From contig OZ253467.1 of the NCBI GenBank assembly GCA_965261665.1, forward strand, positions 30,582-94,581: a stretch of 64,000 nt of DNA. The letters are read 5' to 3'. The DNA is from Dehalococcoidia bacterium. Its GTDB lineage: Bacteria > Chloroflexota > Dehalococcoidia > Lucifugimonadales > GCA-2712585. The position numbers and the translations under genes are program-made. Under the pieces are notes generated by a model. The model was not told where the DNA came from and made no database searches. It saw only the letters and a program-made list of their open reading frames with translations. This document shows, piece by piece, positions 60,351 through 64,000 of the stretch (position 1 is the first letter of the stretch; each line of letters begins with the position of its first letter).

Positions 60351-61050
60351 ACACCACCCCCCCTCGTAGGGCCGGTTCCCGAACCGCCCGTCCTCACCCC
60401 TCTAAGCACATGTCATTCTAAGCTCAGCGCGCCCCACATGTCATTCTGAACGTAGCGAAGCGAAGTGAAGAATCTATCGCTCCCCACAACCAACCCCGCC
60501 TCTCCCTTCCCGTGTCCTCGCGAAGGGAGACATTTGCATAACTGCTAGTGAGAGACCATATTGGACAGAATAGGCATGGGGTTCAATCCTAAATCCCCAC
60601 CTCTGGATTCTGGCCCGGGGCCGGAATGATGGTTATGCAAAGGTCTCCAAATGCGGGGACCCACCCCCTCTTCCTCCCCCACAACCCCCCCTCGTAGGGG
60701 CGGTTCGCGAACCGCCCGTCCTCACCCCTCTAACCACATGTCATTCTGAACGTAGCGAAGCGAAGTGAAGAATCTATCGCTCCCCACAACCAACCCCGCC
60801 TCTCCCTTCCCGTGTCCTCGCGAAGGCGGGGACCCATCCCCACTTCCTCCCCCACAACCCCCCCTCGTAGGGGCGGTTCGCGAACCGCCCGTCCTCACCC
60901 CACCCCACATGTCATTCCGAGCGCAGCGCCCCCCACATGTCATTCTGAACGTAGCGAAGCGAAGTGAAGAATCTATCGCTCCCCACAACCAACCCCGCCT
61001 CTCCCATCCCGTGTCCTCGCGTAGGCGGAAACCCATCCCTCCCCCTCTCC
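60351..61050. repeat. Triplicated ~173-bp composite repeat module, with nested insertions in copies 1 and 3
   Basis: The marker CTCGTAGGG recurs at 60363, 60691 and 60864. Each module is GGGCGGTTCGCGAACCGCCC palindrome + CACATGTCATTCTGAACGTAGCGAAGCGAAGTGAAGAATC + CCGTGTCCTCGCGAAGGCGGGGACCC hairpin. Confidence 0.9.
60526..60648. mobile_element. MITE-like element, copy 3 (inverted relative to copy 4)
   Basis: GGAGACATTTGCATAAC ... GTTATGCAAAGGTCTCC. It interrupts the CCTCGCGAAGG/GCGGGGAC hairpin, which is intact in the next module. Confidence 0.55.
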
Positions 61051-61191
61051 CACCGACATCCATCCATTGCCCCAATCCCCCCTCCACTGCTAACCTACCC
61101 CCATGAACCATATCTCCCAACATCTCCGCCTCCTACACAATGCGATGCTTTCTCACAACAGCCCTCCATTCATCCCCTCTGAAAGAAAAAA

Positions 61192-61340
61192 ACGAGTAAC
61201 GAGTCCCAAAATCCCCTCTTCCACGCCTGAAACACTCCAATTCCCCCAAAACTCGTTTTCGAAAACGAGTCCATCCCACGCCTGCCGCCCCTGAAACAAG
61301 TCCCCAAACAACCTTCGTATTCCCACTCGTTTCTACTCGT
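61192..61340. other. Dyad-symmetric array of six ACGAGT/ACTCGT hexamers around a 20-bp perfect palindrome
   Basis: ACGAGT at 61192 and 61199. ACTCGTTTTCGAAAACGAGT at 61251..61270. ACTCGT at 61325 and 61335. Confidence 0.6.
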
Positions 61341-61428
61341 TTTCAGATAACAAGTATCACTCAATCCAACCCGCCCACCTCGCCACGCTTCACTAACCAT
61401 CCACCGGCCCCGCTATCCAAGAATTCTA

Positions 61429-61457
61429 TTGACACTGCCAACACCCTTTGCTAGCAT
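61429..61457 (+). promoter_or_regulatory. Candidate sigma70-type promoter of the polyprenyl synthase/hopanoid genes
   Basis: TTGACA - 17 nt - TAGCAT, 47 nt upstream of ATG 61504. Confidence 0.4.
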
Positions 61458-61503
61458 TTCGTACATCGTGTAACTATGTATTCTTGGCGCGCCAGGGGTT
61501 TTC

Positions 61504-62592
61504 ATGCAAACAACGTCGGGGCCCCAAAGCGTACATTCCATAAAGCAACGCCCCAAGCCTCCCGGACCGCTTACCCACTATGGCGGCAGCATACAATCGG
61601 CGCTGGGAGCCACTCTTCCCAACGGTAGCCTCCGGCTTTCCCGCCCGTTCCGATATCATCTCGGCTGGGCAGACCGGCAGGGCCGTTTCTTGAACGTTCC
61701 CCAAGACCCGGGCAAAGCCGTGCGCCCGGCCCTATGCCTCTTCGCCTGCCAAGCCCTCGGCGGCGCTTGGGAACGGGCCATGCCCGCAGCCCTGGCCCTC
61801 GAGCTCGTCCATAACTTCTCCCTGGTACACGATGACATTCAGGACGGCGACGAGATCCGGCGGCACAAACCCACGGTCTGGTACGTTTGGGGCCAGCCCA
61901 AGGCCCTGGCAGTTGGAAACGCCATGCACGCCACCGCCTACCAAACGGCCCTCGCGCTGGTGCGGAGAGGCGTAACTGAGGCCACAGCCCTCCGCTGCTC
62001 CCAACTGCTCGTGGAAAGCAGCCTGTCCATGATCAAGGGGCAGGTCCAGGACCTGCAGTTCGAAGACTCCCTCGACATCGGCATCGATGCCTACCTCGGC
62101 ATGATCAAGCTCAAGACCGGCGCCCTCATCGCCTGCGCCCTCCAGATGGGCGCTATCCTTGCCACCGAGAACGACGCCCACGTTAGCGCCTTCACCGAGT
62201 ACGGCCGGCGACTTGGCCGCATGTTTCAGATTCGGGACGACTTCCTCGGCATCTGGGGCGACGAGAACACCACGGGCAAGGCGGGCCGCTCTTCCGACAA
62301 CGACATTCGCCGCAAGAAAAAGTCCTTCCCCATCGTCCTCGCCCTCCAGAACGCCGACGGGCCCGACCGCCGCCGGCTGGAGGCTATCTACGGCAAGCAG
62401 ACCCTTGACCAGCACGACGTTGACCAGGTGCTGGACATCCTGGAAGCCGTCGGCGCCCAGGAAAGCGCTCAATACATGATCAACCGGGAAGCGACCCTGG
62501 CCATGGACGCCCTCGCTTCAGTGCCCATTTCCGGCTGGGCCAGAGAAGAGGCCCAAAGTTTGGTGGACTTCCTGACATACAGAGAATACTAG
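61504..62592 (+). CDS. Polyprenyl diphosphate synthase (trans-IPPS family)
   Basis: First Asp-rich motif LVHDDIQDGDEIRRHKPT and second FQIRDDFLG. GKAVRPAL substrate-binding block. Confidence 0.85.
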   Translation: MQTTSGPQSVHSIKQRPKPPGPLTHYGGSIQSALGATLPNGSLRLSRPFRYHLGWADRQGRFLNVPQDPGKAVRPALCLFACQALGGAWERAMPAALALELVHNFSLVHDDIQDGDEIRRHKPTVWYVWGQPKALAVGNAMHATAYQTALALVRRGVTEATALRCSQLLVESSLSMIKGQVQDLQFEDSLDIGIDAYLGMIKLKTGALIACALQMGAILATENDAHVSAFTEYGRRLGRMFQIRDDFLGIWGDENTTGKAGRSSDNDIRRKKKSFPIVLALQNADGPDRRRLEAIYGKQTLDQHDVDQVLDILEAVGAQESAQYMINREATLAMDALASVPISGWAREEAQSLVDFLTYREY

Positions 62593-62606
62593 AAGGGAAT
62601 TATTTA

Positions 62607-63689
62607 TTGACTACTACAACGGAGATAATCCAAGAGACCAACACTCCGGTGAAACCATCCAAGCGGCCCATGGAGCTATCGCTCCGGCTGGCCAAGTACA
62701 TGCTGACCCAGAAACTCAAGGGGCGGAAACGTTTCCCGATGGTAACCATGCTGGAACCCCTGGAGATGTGCAACCTCTCATGCGTCGGCTGTGGCCGCAT
62801 CCGCGAATACAAGGCCATGATGAGCAAGATGATGCCCGTCGATGAGGCCATCGCCGCCGTCGAGGAATCGGGCGCGCCCATTGTATCCATCGCCGGCGGA
62901 GAGCCGACCATTCACCCCCAGATAAGCGACATCATCAACGAGCTGATTCGGCGTAAATACTTCATCTACTGCTGCTCCAACGGCCTGCTGATGGAACGGG
63001 TCATGAAGAAGATCCAGCCCTCCAAGTACTTCTGCTGGGTCGTACACATGGACGGCATGGAGGAGAAGCACGACGAATCCGTAGACCGCAAGGGTGTCTT
63101 CACGAAAGCCAAGGCCGCCATAGCCAGCGCCCTCGCCCAGGGCTACCGCGTCTGCACCAACACGACCATCTTCCGCGGCAGCGACGTGGAAGACCTCCAT
63201 GAACTCTTCCGCACCATGACGGACATGGGCGTGGAAGGCTGCATGATCTCCCCCGGCTTCGACTATGAGGCCGTCGCCGACCGGGAGCAGTTCCTCCGCC
63301 GGACCGAAGCCGAGAAGGTGTTCCAGGAGATTCTTGACCCCGAACGCTCCGACGGAATCCGCTTCTACAACAACCCCCTCTACCTGGATTTCCTGCGGGG
63401 CGAGCGGAACTACCAGTGCACCGCATGGTCCAACCCCACCTACACCATCATGGGCTGGCGGCTACCCTGCTATCCCCTGGCTGACAAGCACGTCGGCAAA
63501 ATGAGCGAGATTATGAAGCCGGAAGTCTGGGAGAAGTACGGCGTTGGAAAGGACCCCAGGTGCGCCAACTGCATGATGCACTGCGGCTTCGAGTCGGCGA
63601 CCATCTTCGGAGCCGTCACCAGTCCCAAGGACTGGTTCACCCTCATCCACTCCGGGGCAATCAGCAAGAGCGGCATCACCGCCGCCTAG
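62607..63689 (+). CDS. hpnH: Radical SAM adenosyl-hopene transferase HpnH
   Basis: LTQKLKGRKRFPMVTMLEPLEMCNLSCVGCGRI (CxxxCxxC). Collinear with the HpnH N-terminus as I remember it. ~360 aa. Confidence 0.8.
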   Translation: MTTTTEIIQETNTPVKPSKRPMELSLRLAKYMLTQKLKGRKRFPMVTMLEPLEMCNLSCVGCGRIREYKAMMSKMMPVDEAIAAVEESGAPIVSIAGGEPTIHPQISDIINELIRRKYFIYCCSNGLLMERVMKKIQPSKYFCWVVHMDGMEEKHDESVDRKGVFTKAKAAIASALAQGYRVCTNTTIFRGSDVEDLHELFRTMTDMGVEGCMISPGFDYEAVADREQFLRRTEAEKVFQEILDPERSDGIRFYNNPLYLDFLRGERNYQCTAWSNPTYTIMGWRLPCYPLADKHVGKMSEIMKPEVWEKYGVGKDPRCANCMMHCGFESATIFGAVTSPKDWFTLIHSGAISKSGITAA

Positions 63690-63833
63690 AGTGAATATGG
63701 CATCTCCTGACAGCCTTAACTTGGAGTTCAACAACCATTCAGAAACCGTCGCCATTCAGGGCAGGCGGCAACCCGGGACGCCAAACGCGAAAATAGCCGG
63801 ACGTAGACAAACTTGATTGCAATTGTAGCAACG

Positions 63834-64000
63834 ATGAAAGACGAGGTTCGCAGTCTGGGAAGCCTGAAGCGCACCTCCAAGGGCCATGCTTCCCTCACCA
63901 TAACCGGCGTGGGCAAGGAGAAGGCCCTTGCCGCCGTTGCATCTCTTTGCGATGGCGGGACCCCGCCCTCCTTGGTGCTCTCCATAGGCTTCTCCGGCGC
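63834..64000 (+). CDS. hpnG: Partial CDS, nucleoside-phosphorylase-fold protein (HpnG-like), runs off the window
   Basis: My own translation: MKDEVRSLGSLKRTSKGHASLTITGVGKEKALAAVASLCDGGTPPSLVLSIGFSG.. Position directly after hpnH. Confidence 0.4.
   Translation, partial: MKDEVRSLGSLKRTSKGHASLTITGVGKEKALAAVASLCDGGTPPSLVLSIGFSG

Noticed and set aside
60560-60600. tRNA-like T-arm string (GGGGTTCAATCC) inside MITE copies at 60526..60648 and 52178..52300.
   Set aside because: The flanking bases do not form T-stem, acceptor or anticodon arms, so no cloverleaf can be drawn.
60351-61100. Possible CRISPR array, considered because of regularly recurring ~40-95-bp repeats.
   Set aside because: The units are composite and the intervening sequences are themselves repeats. 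Spacing is irregular (328 and 173 bp). No cas genes are present and the same elements are scattered singly across the window.

Overview
High-GC bacterial chromosomal window (GC and AT-rich patches judged by eye, not computed). It has about 55 credible CDS, and I recognised no rRNA, tRNA or CRISPR array. The gene content is reminiscent of Chloroflexota/SAR202-like genomes: alternative-complex-III-type genes, three Amidohydrolase_2 paralogues, Pro/Thr/Ala-rich linkers on lipoproteins and strong GGAGG Shine-Dalgarno sites. That taxonomic guess is inference only.

Core content, left to right:
- an ACIII-like module co-operonic with cytochrome c maturation genes (ccmH, ccmF, a TlpA-like thioredoxin)
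- paired amidohydrolases, panE, a Liv-type ABC transporter and fhs
- a CDF metal exporter
- a PLP/TPP/Ldh_2/SDR metabolic block
- an MFS transporter, an FAD dehydrogenase and a MacB/FtsX-type ABC pair
- a beta-propeller-DUF3179 lipoprotein and a NarI+HdrD-like Fe-S oxidoreductase
- a polyprenyl synthase-hpnH-hpnG hopanoid block at the right edge

Accessory patches worth a second look:
1. A vWA - PP2C - Ser/Thr-kinase triad (TerY-P / yegIKL-like) with a membrane-anchored kinase. It is followed by two diverged copies of a mini-ORF that bracket an inverted 4-TM gene.
2. A 79-aa protein made of five 45-bp tandem repeats, (HVHDIHECDEHEHHA)x5, next to the CDF exporter.
3. A PaREP1/HEPN-like gene translationally coupled to an AT-rich membrane-protein gene, with a solitary paralogue 30 kb away.
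4. A ParE-type TA cassette bracketed by a 34-nt direct repeat that copies the 3' end of the neighbouring gene.
5. An AT-rich islet with a McrA-like HNH nuclease (possible frameshift), an unannotated zinc-ribbon mini-ORF and an ORF interrupted by an in-frame TAA.
6. A 123-bp MITE-like element (4 copies) inserted into the loops of other hairpin repeats, plus a triplicated 173-bp composite repeat module.
7. A dyad-symmetric ACGAGT/ACTCGT array upstream of the hopanoid genes.
8. A promoter-hairpin-terminator leader in front of an NYN-domain gene.

All functional calls rest on motifs I could read in the translations. No database search was run.
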